Shown: piece by piece, positions 1-57,700 of the stretch
Layout of the letters: the number at the start of each line of letters is the position of its first letter
How positions within the stretch are numbered: position 1 is the stretch's first letter
Source of the DNA: Hormiphora californensis
Taxonomy: Eukaryota > Animalia > Ctenophora
NCBI GenBank assembly: GCA_020137815.1
Contig: CM035350.1
Span: forward strand, 3,348,001 to 3,412,000
Direction of reading: 5' to 3'
Length of the DNA stretch: 64,000 nucleotides
The notes under the pieces: model-generated
The model's input: the letters and a program-made list of their open reading frames with translations, nothing else
Told to the model about the DNA's origin: nothing
Database searches by the model: none
Translations under genes and position numbers: made by a program

Positions 1-1052
1 ACCAAAATCCAAGATTTCATGCAAATCCAATGACAGATCATTGATTTATAGAAAGTTGAAATAGGCAAAAAAGGCCAATTTTTACCATGAAAACAAAAAT
101 ACACATTTTTTCTTGTCAATTTCCATCAACAACTGGTACCCTACCTATTATTTGCACGTAGAATCGATTGCCGGTGGAGTGGATCCTCTTAAATGATTGG
201 AAAAGCGGTCAAAATGCCATTTTTTGGAGGTCCAAAAACTTCCAAAATATGACATTTGTACCGCTTTCCAATCATTTAAGAGGATCCACTCCACCGGCAA
301 TCGATTCTACGTGCAAATAATAGGTAGGGTAACAGTTGTTGATGGAAATTGACAAGAAAAAATGTTTATTTTTGTTTTCATGGTAAAAATTGGCCTTTTT
401 TGCCTATTTCAACTTTCTATAAATCAATGATCTGTCATTGGATTTGCATGAAATCTTGGATTTTGGTCGAAAATTGTCCCATAAACAACTTTAGCATGGC
501 CCTGATTGGCCATTTCAATCAGAATTCTTTCAAAAGTTAAAAAATCGCAAAAAACGAGAAAATCAAGTTATCCTTTTTTCAGTAAGCACATCTCAATAGT
601 TTGCCAAAATCTAACCATGAATCGGATATACATGAAATTTTGGGATCCCGTAGAAAAATGACCATTTCAACGATTGGCGCTATTGCCAACTTCCTATCTC
701 AACGTTTTCAATGGTTAAAGGGCCAAAAACCTCAAAAAATGACAAAATTCCCATATTTGACAATTTTCCGGTCATTTTAGAGATTTCTCTCCACCGGCAA
801 TCGATTCCTCGTGCAAAAATAGGTCTTGTATACTTATTTTATTTCAATCAGATATTTCATCAAACGGCAGTCAAGTAAGTTATGCACAAATTTGGACCAA
901 AAACCAGTTTTTTCGATTTTTACAAAAATTTTCCCCGATAACATATACTTTTCTCACCGTGGGGATGTTCAGGAAGGCCTCCTGGGTCACCCCCAACAAA
1001 AGTTTGTTTTGCGGGCTCAACTTTGGGTTGACGATCCTTCTGGTGCACCGTG
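1..1052. mobile_element. Right part of a long foldback non-autonomous DNA transposon (symmetry centre ~240), Transib-like terminus
   Basis: 1-215 is the near-perfect reverse complement of ~257-465. An internal block (ccaccggcaatcgattc..gtgcaaa) recurs at 291 and 791. The sequence ends in ...GCACCGTG at 1052 (5'-CACGGTG on minus), similar to CAC-initiated Transib ends. The left end is outside the window, so no TSD can be checked. Confidence 0.55.
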
Positions 1053-1142
1053 AACACACCCATTTCCACTAATGGGTGTGTTGCTATGGTTGGTGGGCAA
1101 GGGGATCGCTAGGGAGAGCGGGTGGATAGTATCCACGTGCAA

Positions 1143-1796
1143 TTATTTTGTGGGTGTAGTGTCCCTACTTCCTGCTGATTCGTTCCAGTGCTTATTGACT
1201 TCTTCTTCGTCGAGGCTGTCCTCAGGATTTTGGACCAAAAGTTTACTATACCTCAATTTTCTTCCTAACGGTGTACCCCAGAGTATCTCATCCTTGGGAT
1301 TAAAGGATGTAACACAGGGTGCTACGTTCCCCAGCCTGGAGGGAATAAAGTTTTCTCTAGATTTGCGATCGCCTCAGTTTCTAGTATACCTTACTCTCGT
1401 TTTTTAAGAAACGCTTTAGTAAGAAACTTTTTTATAAGAAACTTTTCAAATGTAAATTGCACAATTCAGAGACACCACAACAAAATAGAACACCCCTAAC
1501 TAGTTTAGTTTCTTGATAAAGGAGAAATTCTTTTTCTTTTTGGATTGCTTACACCTGTAGTTTCCTAGAAAAAAAGTTTCTTATTTAAAAGTTTCTTGAA
1601 ATATGCGAGCTTAATTAACGAGAGTAAGGTATATTATAATCCTTACTGTAATATTTTGGTAACCTAATATTCCTCAATCTTTTTTGATAGCCTCAATTAT
1701 TTTTCAAGTTTCAAGTTTCATATATTTTTACGCTGTAGAGAGAGTATTATTGAGATTCATTTTTAAAACTAGCGCATTGTTCGAAGCAGCAGCCAT
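1143..1796 (-). CDS. Candidate small two-exon orphan gene (85 aa; exons 1796-1732, 1335-1143)
   Basis: acaATGG start, GC|gtaaaa donor and ttattccctccag|G acceptor with matching phase 2. Gives MAAASNNALVLKMNLNNTLSTALGNVAPCVTSFNPKDEILWGTPLGRKLRYSKLLVQNPEDSLDEEEVNKHWNESAGSRDTTPTK*. No recognisable homology. Confidence 0.3.
1385..1633. mobile_element. Small AT-rich MITE with terminal inverted repeats
   Basis: TATACCTTACTCTCGTT at the left end and AACGAGAGTAAGGTATA at the right, with internal inverted aagaaacttt/aaagtttctt repeats. Confidence 0.55.
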
Positions 1797-2798
1797 TGTC
1801 TCCACTCTCCAGCGTACTGTGTTAAGCTATAGCTTCTTTACTGTCTTGTACTTGGATGAAGGCCGACGGGTGTACGCAGTAGGGGCTTGCTTCTTGGGTA
1901 TTGTTGGGTAATGGTACAGATGGTGATATTGTAAGGTGAAGATAGGATAGGAGCAAGCAAATGCAAAATGCAATTAGAGTTGCACGTGCATAATCGTTTC
2001 TTTGGACGAAAGAAGATGATGTAAAACGTTTGTGCTCGAGAAAATATTTCCAAAATCAATTTTTAATCTTTTGCTTCGCTACAAATCCTCGTCTTTTTTA
2101 GAAAAGTTTATTTTTGGGATGTTTATAGTAAATTCACTTAGGTTTTTAGGGTTGAAAAATGTGGATTAGTTTCATTTGACTTCAATTGGGGTTTAGTTTG
2201 GCTAGTTTTTATTTAAATTTAAACAATGGAACAAATCGCCGTGGAAAAGCTGTAGTAAACGTCCTTATATACGTCCTTATATATTAGGGGTATACAAATC
2301 GTGCAGAAGGAACAGCATTGCTCGCAGAACAACATGCAGCAAGTGTTCAATACCAAAAACACGTGCTAAAGGGGATTTAGATGGCATAAATGGCATTTGT
2401 TAATGTTTGTTAACTTTTGTTAATTATGTTAACAATCACCTGTTTTTTTTTCAAAGTTAACAAACATGTCCTCAGTCCCCCCCCCTTGATCTTGGTTGCA
2501 TTCCAACGCTTCCGGGATAGGACCAATAACTGGATTTATTTCATAAAATTATGAATTTATGTGCACCCCCGGTTCACAAATTATCAAAAGTCGGACTTTA
2601 TATATATGAAAACAGGTGTGTATATATAGTCAACGAAAAATGAATAAGGCGGACCGCTATGCACGTTACCGGTACTTTCAGAAGCCTAGCAAGCAGGAAA
2701 AACACGTGAACCAAACATAGTGACGAAAGTAGTAAGCATCAGTAATATGGCGTTATGCCCTCTGTTACTAGTTATCAATGTATCTCGCATTTTCTTCT

Positions 2799-2802
<4 letters not shown>

Positions 2803-2841
<39 letters not shown>
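2803..2841. repeat. (CT)n microsatellite
   Basis: Direct reading. Confidence 0.95.
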
Positions 2842-2844
<3 letters not shown>

Positions 2845-3039
2845 GCTTCCAAAAACTCGATTTGTGGCGAGCAATTTACACTTCCGTGAAAACCATGTAA
2901 ACCTACAAACTTCTTGTATCTGATACATTATAGCTACACGTACGTACGTGCACGTGACCCGCACCAATATCGAACAGCGACGCTTTCTTGCCTTTGCCTT
3001 GCTCGTTCCTGTTTCCCCGTGCTCCGAGTTTGAATAAAA

Positions 3040-3057
3040 CTACCACTTTCTTTGCAG
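3040..3057 (+). promoter_or_regulatory. Splice acceptor 4 nt upstream of the iGluR ATG (5'UTR intron or spliced-leader trans-splice site)
   Basis: ctaccactttctttgcag|ggaaATG: a pyrimidine tract followed by CAG. Confidence 0.5.
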
Positions 3058-3061
3058 GGAA

Positions 3062-5653
3062 ATGTATTGTTCAAAGCTTCTGTTCATCCTTCTCCTCTGC
3101 TTACCTTCATCGATAACTGCCCAGCCAAAAATTGGAATACTCTACCCTCACCACGGTTCATCAGTCTCCTATGAAGTGTTGGAGAGCCTGGTGGACTTCT
3201 CCAACATCACTACCCCGGTAGTCTGGATGAACTACACTCGAGATATCCGGGATTATGTGTACGTTAGCTGTGATATGGTTAAGGATGGGGTCTCTCTAGT
3301 TATCACAATGGGCGACTCAGATGATACCGATCTTTTCCAGCAGTTCTACTCTCACCTCCACATCCCTCTCATCGCTGTTACCGCCACCAGTCCAACTCTC
3401 CATAGTGACGATGTGGAATTCCTGGTTACCATGGCACCCTCGGATTCCATTCAGGCACGGGTAATGCTTGATTTGCTGAAGAATTACTCCTGGAAGGAGG
3501 TAACGATCATTGCCTCGGAGGACAAGTATGGGATTTATGGGATGTTGGCACTACAAGATCTTATTGGAAATGAGCCCGGATATTCTGTAAAAGAGATCCT
3601 GTTGTACGATCCCCATGATGATGAATTACAAGGCATAAATGAAGGATTGAACAGTTTAAAACGCTCTCTGTGTAGGGTTGTCATCGTATTTTCCAGTGTA
3701 CGACGTATCAAGTCCATCCTAAGCGAGGCAAACTCGATGAACCTAATGGGAAGTGAGTTTGTGTGGATTGTTTCGGACGACACGGTAGCTAAACCCCAGG
3801 TTCTCTCTGACAATGGCTCTTACTTGAGCTACCTTGATGGTTTGTTGGGCACGGTACCCAGCATTACCAAGGGGCCAGTGTATAATCAGTTCAGGGATTC
3901 GTACACTCTTTCTGTTCCGAACTCTGCAAATCATCTTATTGGATATGCCCCACTTTTCTACGACACTCTCACACTTGCTGAGAAAGCGATCACTCAAAAC
4001 CAAGATCTAGGGTCCCCAAATATTACCTGCACTGAGGCATGGATTAATGGTCAGCAGCTGTTTGACGAGCTAGTCAATATTTCATTCGAAGGTGTAACGG
4101 GTAACATTAGTTTCTCAGCTGATGGGGAAAAAGTGCACTCCACTTATGACATTGTAAACTTTATCAGTGTCAATTTTTTCACTGTCGCAGTTTGGCACGT
4201 AACTTCGGGTCTTACTATAGCGGGAAATGTTATTTTCCTGAACGGTACCCTAGACCCACCTATAGGCGTGGCTAACAATCTCAAGGGAACACATTTGAAA
4301 ATCGGGGTTATGGACGAACTACCCTTTATAGATCCATCCCACAACGAGACTTGTAACACCGGGATCTGCTCTCAAGGTCTTAGTATCGATATATTAAATC
4401 GTATGTCCAGTGATCTAGGTTTCACGTACAGTGTGGTGTTCCCCCCGGATGGAAAGTATGGTGCTATTGACAACAAAACCGGGGAGTGGGATGGTCTTAT
4501 TAAGATGCTAATTGATGGTGATGTCGATCTTGTCGGATCACCTCTCGCAACAAGCACGCAGCGAAAGGCAGTGATTGATTTCTCATATCCCTTTATGGAT
4601 TCTGGTATCTGGGCTTTAATGGAAGGAGTTACCAAACATGGTGATCCCCTGTTTTACCTCCAGCCCTATGATACCGATGTTTGGGTTTGTATCATCGTCG
4701 CCTTCATTGTTATGACCATTCTGCAATGTGTCTTCAGCAGGTTTTCACCGTATGGACTGAACGCCACCCGTCGATACGCCGAGAGGACATGTAAATGTGA
4801 AAGTTGCCGTAAACCTGACTCGTCTGAAAGTTGCTTGGTGGAAAAGCTAGAATCCCGGGATCCGGGATTGAATGCCGTTGAGTCTGTTTGGACGGTGGGC
4901 ACAGGTCTAGTAGCTCAAACGGGTGACATTCTACCCCTCAGCCCCTCCGGTCGGTGTCTTCTCTTTTCGTGGTGGTTCTTCATGCTCCTTATTATAACTC
5001 TCTACACGGCTAATTTGACGGCGTTCATCACTCTCAACACCCAGGCTGCCACCATCAGTAGTGTACTGAGCCTACTCGGTCAGAATAAATACCAATGGGG
5101 TATCGTGGGTAGTAGTAATACTGAAACGTTCCTGGGAAATAACGCCAACACGGACTATCATGGTTTGTTACGTGGAGCTATTATATTGGACACGGATGAA
5201 GAGGGAATAGAGATGGTGCAAAATGGATCGTTTGTCTTCATCCATGATTATCCGATGTTGCAGTATTATAAAGATTCATCTTGTAACAAAATGGTGTTCG
5301 TGGGGACGTCCTTCCAGCAGATGGAGTGGGCCTTTGGATTCCCTAATGGTAGTCCTTACAAGCAGCTAGTTGACACTCTCCTCCTCAAGTATCGGGAGGA
5401 AGGTTACATCGACTCACTTTGGACAAAATACAAATCAAATAGTAATTCCTGCCCCACAAACACATCCCTAACCCTCGATGTGTTCTCCATTGCAGGCATT
5501 TTCTATACTCTCGCATTTGGGGTTGCCATCGCTCTACTTTGTTTTGTCCTGGAATATGTTTGGGTAGTCATGGGAGATGTGAGAAAAGTAAAGGAAAAGG
5601 GACGTGTTCTGGATGCGTTGAAAAATCCGGATAATCCCAAAGAAATCCAATAA
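3062..5653 (+). CDS. Ionotropic glutamate receptor family subunit (863 aa, intronless CDS), epsilon/ctenophore-like
   Basis: Signal peptide; ANF-receptor-type ATD (YSWKEVTII, FEGVTGNISF); S1 (GLSIDIL..LGFTY, DGKYG, WDGLIKML, RKAVIDFSYPFMDSG); M1; Cys-rich loop CKCESC; M2; M3 with SWWFFMLLIITLYTANLTAF (SYTANLAAF motif); S2; M4 (IAGIFYTL). Confidence 0.96.
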   Translation: MYCSKLLFILLLCLPSSITAQPKIGILYPHHGSSVSYEVLESLVDFSNITTPVVWMNYTRDIRDYVYVSCDMVKDGVSLVITMGDSDDTDLFQQFYSHLHIPLIAVTATSPTLHSDDVEFLVTMAPSDSIQARVMLDLLKNYSWKEVTIIASEDKYGIYGMLALQDLIGNEPGYSVKEILLYDPHDDELQGINEGLNSLKRSLCRVVIVFSSVRRIKSILSEANSMNLMGSEFVWIVSDDTVAKPQVLSDNGSYLSYLDGLLGTVPSITKGPVYNQFRDSYTLSVPNSANHLIGYAPLFYDTLTLAEKAITQNQDLGSPNITCTEAWINGQQLFDELVNISFEGVTGNISFSADGEKVHSTYDIVNFISVNFFTVAVWHVTSGLTIAGNVIFLNGTLDPPIGVANNLKGTHLKIGVMDELPFIDPSHNETCNTGICSQGLSIDILNRMSSDLGFTYSVVFPPDGKYGAIDNKTGEWDGLIKMLIDGDVDLVGSPLATSTQRKAVIDFSYPFMDSGIWALMEGVTKHGDPLFYLQPYDTDVWVCIIVAFIVMTILQCVFSRFSPYGLNATRRYAERTCKCESCRKPDSSESCLVEKLESRDPGLNAVESVWTVGTGLVAQTGDILPLSPSGRCLLFSWWFFMLLIITLYTANLTAFITLNTQAATISSVLSLLGQNKYQWGIVGSSNTETFLGNNANTDYHGLLRGAIILDTDEEGIEMVQNGSFVFIHDYPMLQYYKDSSCNKMVFVGTSFQQMEWAFGFPNGSPYKQLVDTLLLKYREEGYIDSLWTKYKSNSNSCPTNTSLTLDVFSIAGIFYTLAFGVAIALLCFVLEYVWVVMGDVRKVKEKGRVLDALKNPDNPKEIQ

Positions 5654-6198
5654 TGATCTAGTCGAAGGGGTGGAGCCTGCCGGTATCTGTTATACAACTA
5701 CAATCTACCAGTGAGCAATGTTCCACGGCAAATGAGCAGGACATCTCGAATCAGACGCAACCGTGTGTTAGTTCCCGGTCAGTCAACGAGACTTCCCTTT
5801 CTCCCCCGGCATTACCGCCCAACGTTGCCAGTTGCCTGCCCTTTCGATTCGATGAATCAACGTTCTAATTGTTGGAATTAAATAATGATTTGTGTGAATG
5901 TGTGATTGGACTCAATACAACGTAGAACAATTTACTTGCAACTAACGTCTGCTTTTGAAACTGTCCGATAATTTTCATGATTTATTTTCTTTAAAAACCA
6001 TGTTTTACCTGTCTACCAAATCAAATAGAGGGTAGATCTATCACCACAGTATTTTCAAATCATCACGAATGAGATCTGTTCCGAGATCTGTTCCGATCTT
6101 TTCAAATCACAACTCAAAATAGACTTACCACCTTCCATACCTAATGATGGGTGATCCCTACCTGAGAATTATTACACGCTATATACCCCCTCTCTCAG

Positions 6199-51042
<44,844 letters not shown>

Positions 51043-51389
51043 GATTTCCAAGCATCACACACCCTTCCACCATGGACACATCATCATATGAAACTCAGTT
51101 AAGCAACGTATCGTGGTATGTGGCAGGATTATAATTGTACACATGAATATTATACGAACTCAATTTTGTAACATGTTAGAAAGAACACTGTAAATACAAT
51201 TTATATTCAAGCTCTGTATAAAATATTAAACTTTTTCTACCGCCGCAAAATACCGATATTATGATAGTCCTTTTAGAAAATATAAGTTTTCAAGAAAATT
51301 AGTTCAACCGCTGTACATATATCAAGCATGATTTCCCCTGATCGAAGAAGCAGCTTGGTTATAAGCTTACCAGCAGCGTTCATTTCATT

Positions 51390-54300
51390 TTAACGTGTTC
51401 GCATGGGAAGTAAAGCAGGGGTATAGGAGCTGTAGAAATCAGGTGCCAGTCCTGCTGCAGTATCACAGATAATCCAACTAGTACATTGACATGGTGCCAT
51501 ATTGATATAGGGGGGGGGGGTCATTTGCCATACATAATGGTCATAGATTCTTCATTTCATGTACCTATATTTCATTGCTAGGGAGGAAATTGTCACACAA
51601 AAACCCACCCCCTCCCTCCCTGTGATATATTAGTGGGGTGTGAAGACATGATTATATCTGGTTATATGATGTTATATAGTTACCTGTTCAAAATGCACGA
51701 ACACCATTCCTCGTGGCTTATCTTCTTGTTCTGGTTTGTATCACAAATAAGTAGGGTGTCCCTCACGCAGTCCTTCGAGAGCCTCTGAAATGACCCACCC
51801 TGTAACAAAACACTTGTACTAACTGCCCACTAATTGGTATGCTTTTTAGGAGTAATTGGGCTTGAGCTAAATACTAAATCAATTAGATTTCTAGATTTCA
51901 GAGACAAGATTTTGTACCTACCAGCCATCGGGCTATAATATCAATCTCGCTGAGATCGAGATATTTATCTTTGTTGATGTCAAACTTTAAAAATATGTCC
52001 TGAAGGGTTCCGGAAAATTTCTCCGCAAACGTGATGATCTCGCCAACAAATGTACACGGTGAACATCTCAGTTGTGTGAGTTTGTACTCCCAATCTGAAA
52101 AAGATGATCATCATGGTTTAGAATTTATATCAATGTCGGGTGATAATGTATTCTTTAGCTCCAGTTAGTTGTTATGAGAGGTGGTGGTAGTGAAATTTGG
52201 TGGTTGACGGTCCGGTGGTACTGCAATTTATGGTAGTGGACTACCATAAGGCATAAATTGCATACCATTTAAATTGCGGTACCACCGCGGTGGTACTGCA
52301 ATTTATAGTAATAGACGGTAGTGTACTGCAATATGATCGGAAGGCAAATCATGTTTTTTGCTGCAGAGACAGGGGTATAATGTTGTCGAGACATGGGTAA
52401 TGGGTAATGCGGGGGGAGGGGGGGCTATTAATATAAGAGACTTTTCAAGTGTAGCTGGAAATAACCTCATAACGCAACGTCTACTTCTATAACCTCCAGC
52501 TCTTCCTAGATTATGGCACTATACACTATATTATGGCACTACCCTTCACTTTTAGCACCGGCCCCGCGAAACCCCCCGCCCTCCCTTCAGCACTAACCAC
52601 AGTTGAGATCGGAGTTCTGATCGGCCCTAACTATAATCGGTTCGGTTATGTTCTTATTGGTGTCTGGGTGAACGCACCAACACTGCAGACCCTTTTCTGT
52701 CCGGCTACACTGTTTTACATCGTACAACGATGGATTATCTTCGTTACACTAGGAGAATTGAAAGTTGGGGGTTAAATGTAAGTTGAAATATTATGTAAGA
52801 GTATTACAATTCTTCGTGGGGGAACAATAATTGTTCTTTAGGAGAGCCTTTTAGACCATTTGTGTCTATAAAGAACAAAGTAGTTGCAGGCAGCCTTGAT
52901 AAACCATATTGTGTACACTTACCAGGGGCACATAGCCGTAGGGCATATCTCCCACCACTTGAAGGGTCTTGGTCTGGTTACGTTTCTCGTAGCAAGGATC
53001 ACCTGTAACTGACGCACGTTATGTTAGACAATTAGCTTCTATCCCGCACGTTATGTTAGACAATTAGCTTCTATCCCACACTGTCAGGCCAATGCTCTGA
53101 CCACAGTTCTCGCGCTCGAGAAACGAGAATGGGTCAGGCCAATGCTCTGACAGATCCCGCACAGTTCTGTTAGACTTAGCTTCTATCCCGCACAGTTCTG
53201 TTAGACTTAGCTTCTATCCCGCACAGTTCTGTTAGACTTAGCTTCTATCCCGCACAGTTCTGTTAGACTTAGCTTCTATCCCGCACAGTTCTGTTAGACT
53301 TAGCTTCTATCCCGCACAGTTCTGTTAGACTTAGCTTCTATCCCGCACAGTACTGTTAGACTTAGCTTCTATCCCGCACAGTTCTGTTAGACTTAGCTTC
53401 TATCCCGCACATTTCTGTTAGACTTAGCTTCTATCCCGCACATTTCTGTTAGACTTAGCTTCTATCTCGCACAGTTCTGTTAGACTTAGCTTCTATCCCG
53501 CACAGTAAGAAGCATTGGGTACGCATTTCTTCCCCCATTTATAAATCCACCTCTCTGTCTTACTCCGAGTATCCCGTAGTTGGTTAGTGTTACGCGTTGA
53601 GGGGTAATTTTGTAACCAACGCTAAGAGAGGCCGTACACCACATACATGTTTAGTTATGATATCCTGATGTGATCATTGATATGTTCATGTTTGAATCAA
53701 ACTGCTGAGTAGCTAATTATGTGAAACAGAAACATACTTTATCAAACTTTGATATTGTATATTTCTGTTTCACATAATTAGCTACTCAGCAGTTAGAATT
53801 CACTCAGCCAGATCTGACTCTGTGTAATAACCGTCGCAGTTACAATTCTCTCAGCTGCATATTGATATCTCACTCTCATCCAGTCATCTGTATATCAACC
53901 TAAAGTCAAAGTGAAAATACAAAGATTATTCTTACCTACCACGAAGATAACTTGTAGCATTTTGAATTAAATGCTTCGGTTCTAATTTCTTAATTTGTTC
54001 AAAATATCGCTTCTTTCTCTACTATGTAATAGCTTATGTCTCGTAGCACACCCCTGCCCACCTGTCTAACTAGTCGCTCTAAAGATTCAATTCTTTAAGT
54101 GACACGCGACTTTGAATAGGTACCTCATGGTGGCGACATATTTTGATACAGATTCTCTAACGCCAACCAATATTCTGTCTCTCAGTCTAACAATAAAGTT
54201 GAGATGGATCCTATATGCATACTGATATAATTGTGGCACTGTCCCTACAGCCTCCCTGTACAAATTGTACAACTTAATTATATGACATGTATATTTGTTG

Positions 54301-54722
54301 CTTACCGCACTTTAGTTTATGTCGTATTCCAATATTTTTGTTTTGTCGGCACTGTTCCCTCTGGTACTCACAGAGCGACTGGTACGTCCGTCCATCTTCT
54401 CCACAAATCTGTGGCGACTGTTGGGTGTTGTTAAGTATTAGGGGTGAGACTCTTACCCATTTACCCAACTCCTTACTCAACAAGTCGTGGGTGTGTTTAG
54501 GTGATTAAAGCATTCTTTTTAAGTTAATGTAATTGGAAAAAGTATCTGTAAGCTGACGAATTAAATTGATGAATTGCTCGATATAAGTTATATATAATAT
54601 GCCAAAAACTAACAGAAATTAGTTGGCTGGAAAGGTGACCATTTTGTTGTCAAACTGACACCTTTGCCTTCTCCGGGTTTCATCATTATCTTTCCCTCTC
54701 TGATTTCTATCTCTCTCTTTCA

Positions 54723-54761
<39 letters not shown>

Positions 54762-57700
54762 TCTCTCTCTCTCTCCCTCACTCTCTCTTTTTCTTTCTCT
54801 GTTTCTCCCTGATTTACCCCCTGATTTACCCCATCGATCATATCCGTAACCCGGGCCGGGCAAAGGTGTCAGTTTGACAACAAAATGGTCACCTTTCCAG
54901 CCAACTAATTTCTGTTAGTTTTTGGCATAATTGGGGTATATTTTTGGTAGGGTAGACCGGGGTAATTTGGACGGTTTTGGCATTCAATTGGTATTTCAAG
55001 AGCCATTAATTTACTTAATCAATTAGTTAGCTACTCAATTTGTGCAACTGAACCTTTATCTTGAGCCTCAGAACAAATTTGAATCGAAAATATAACTTTT
55101 AGATAGCTAATTAACCTTGTTAATGAAGGTAAGTCGGAATATTTTTGATCGCGAGACACGGGGCAATTTGGACTAGTGGCTTCTACACCAATCACAATGC
55201 GCGCATTCAATCACGTGACCGCGACACACCACATTGCCCCAGCTATAAATCTGCGATGTAAATCAGACCGAGGTTGGGGCTATTTGGACAAACTTAGATT
55301 GTAGCCATAGTTTTTGAGATATCGATTTCAAACTTTTCAGTCATCTAGTAATTTAGTATCCCGTGCTATTACTTTTTTCAAAATTAGTTAATTAAGTAGT
55401 AATTAGCCTAATTAACCAAAAAATTAAGTGTTCATCAGATCTATATCTATAGGGTGCATTTTCGAAAGCTCAGGATTAGCCTAGTCGATTAGAAAAAGAT
55501 TTAATCTAATCCCAAATAGGGTTTTTGAGAAAATCGACATAAAAGATCAAAAAACCACAAATAAAGCTACGGTTTTCAAAGGAATGCTGTTTGTGTTTTC
55601 AGGTGCTTACAAGGCCAGAAATTACTATTATGGGGATCCAGTCTAATTAATCATGTTAGTGGCCGATTCCCACTCAATGCAATTCCCTGGGGTTACTATA
55701 GCAACGGAGTTTGTTACCATAGCAACCGGCGAATTTGCATTAATGTACTATTTTCTTGCTCCAAATTCACCCATTACATCCGTATTATTAGACTATCGAT
55801 TATTTAAACATGATTGTGAGTCACAATGAGACATCAGACTACCTTCAGTTACCAGCCAGTCAGTGGCTTTGGTTATCAAATGTATGCCTATTGCTCTAAG
55901 TTAGCCTGTAATTTATCCCTTTATTCAGTTATATTGGCTGCATATGGATGATTATCATGATAAAACACTACTTTTGGTCATCAAAGCACCAGTCCTAGAT
56001 ATTCTGGAGCACCCTATGAAGTTGGTTTGTCGAATGCCACACCATGGATTGACTTGTTACCTTGGCATCCAGAGAATTGGTTGTAAAATGCGCCTTTTTT
56101 CTATTTTTTTGGTCTATTTACTCAGTTTTAGCCATCTATATTGATTGAATAGGATAATTATGAAAGCAGGTTGTCTATGGTTACCATAGAAACGAATATA
56201 ATGGCGCCATGAGGCCAATTTGTTTTAACCAATTTGCCCCATGGGGCAATTTGGTCTAGTCCAAATTGCCCCATGGGGCAATCTGGATTATGACCGAATT
56301 GCCCCCGATTTTTTCGTCCGAATTGCCCCAAATTGTCCGAATTGCCCCGCTTCATTAAAATGCCAATTAGCTAATTAAATCGAAAGCTAATGTCATTTTG
56401 ATGATGAAACTGAATAGAAAAGTATCATATTGTGAAATTCTGACCCTTAATTTAAATAATTATCATAATTAAGTTTACCGAAATAAAGTTTAACTTTAAA
56501 GTCGTCATTTTTCGTTATTTCACACTAAATACCACAATTTAAAAGTCCCATATAAATCACTAGTCCACATTGCCCCGTCCTGTGACCACATTGCCCCACC
56601 GTCCAAATTACCCCGGTCTACCCTATTGAAATACATTGTAAGACATGTTTGGACGTGTAAAGACCGTCAGGAATCGCTAAAATACGAAAATTTCAATTTT
56701 GACGTCATTATGACGTCATAGGGTGACGTCACGACGTTATAACGTCAAGATAGGGATATATTATTATCAGGCTCATCTAGATAAAGATGCTGACCAATTT
56801 TGAGAAGGATCGGACCAGATTTGAGGTCGCTCTGGCGAAAAACGCATTATCGTCATATCTATTTTCATACAGTCTTAACACTTCAGACGCGATTTGAGAC
56901 CCTTAGAAATAGAGTTTCACAAATTCGCTATATAGTTTCTGAAAGTATAGACGATTATCTTTCGTAAGTGCGGTCTCCGTTTTTTAATCAGAAGCCGTCT
57001 TCAGGGTGTAAATTGAGCTCAAAGAAATTTGGTTGATTTAAAAAAACTCTTATCTTTATGACAGTTTGTTAAGGGTACACCTGGCGTTTTTCATCATCGA
57101 GTGCCCAACCAAATGACTTCACCAGGGTTTAGGCCATACAAAATGGACCTCAAATATGCAATTTTAGCCCTAAATTCGAATTCATATTTTTGCTACAGTC
57201 TATTTTCAAAGTGGCGTTTTTTCAATTTTTGTTGGAATTTTTAACCTCAGGACCACTTTTTTTGAGATAGAAACATTAAATTCTTGGAATTTGAAGAGAT
57301 TATAAAGGTGAATAAGCCCAAAGAAGGATTTTTGAAATGGAACGTATTTCTGGCCATGAGAACGGTTTACTTTTTTGCTTCTTTGACACGCTGGCTGAGA
57401 ATGTTCCCATGCTTCATTAGAGATGAAAATCTGGAAATAGTTGCTCAAAAAGATTATCTATGTGGCCCAAAAATTTTGGAACTTTCCCGCCAAAGATGCG
57501 GTGTACAGAGCTTGTTTTGTGAAACCCGTCTTTTTGAAAAAGAGGGAAATTCCCTGTATCTCAAAAACGGATGATCATAGAGACCTGCGACCAAGCTTAA
57601 TCGATTCAGAAGGTCCGATTTTGGGGGGGTCTTCTGAGAGACATTTTGCTCCTACTCCAACCGTTTTTGCTGTAATTGCGAAAAAGGTATCAGCAAGTAA

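Noticed and set aside
5621-5714. Possible frameshift or homopolymer error extending the iGluR tail (IRIIPKKSNN..TIYQ)
   Set aside because: An alternative open frame of 29 codons is common by chance and the existing tail ends in tandem TAA TGA; raw reads would be needed.
53014-53505. CRISPR-like appearance of the 29-44 bp arrays (also 9423 and 59700)
   Set aside because: Units are directly adjacent with no unique spacers, the context is eukaryotic, and there are no cas genes.
55600-56144. 66-aa ORF and acceptor-like sites inside the TA-flanked element
   Set aside because: There is no DDE or HTH signature, so neither a transposase nor a captured gene can be supported.
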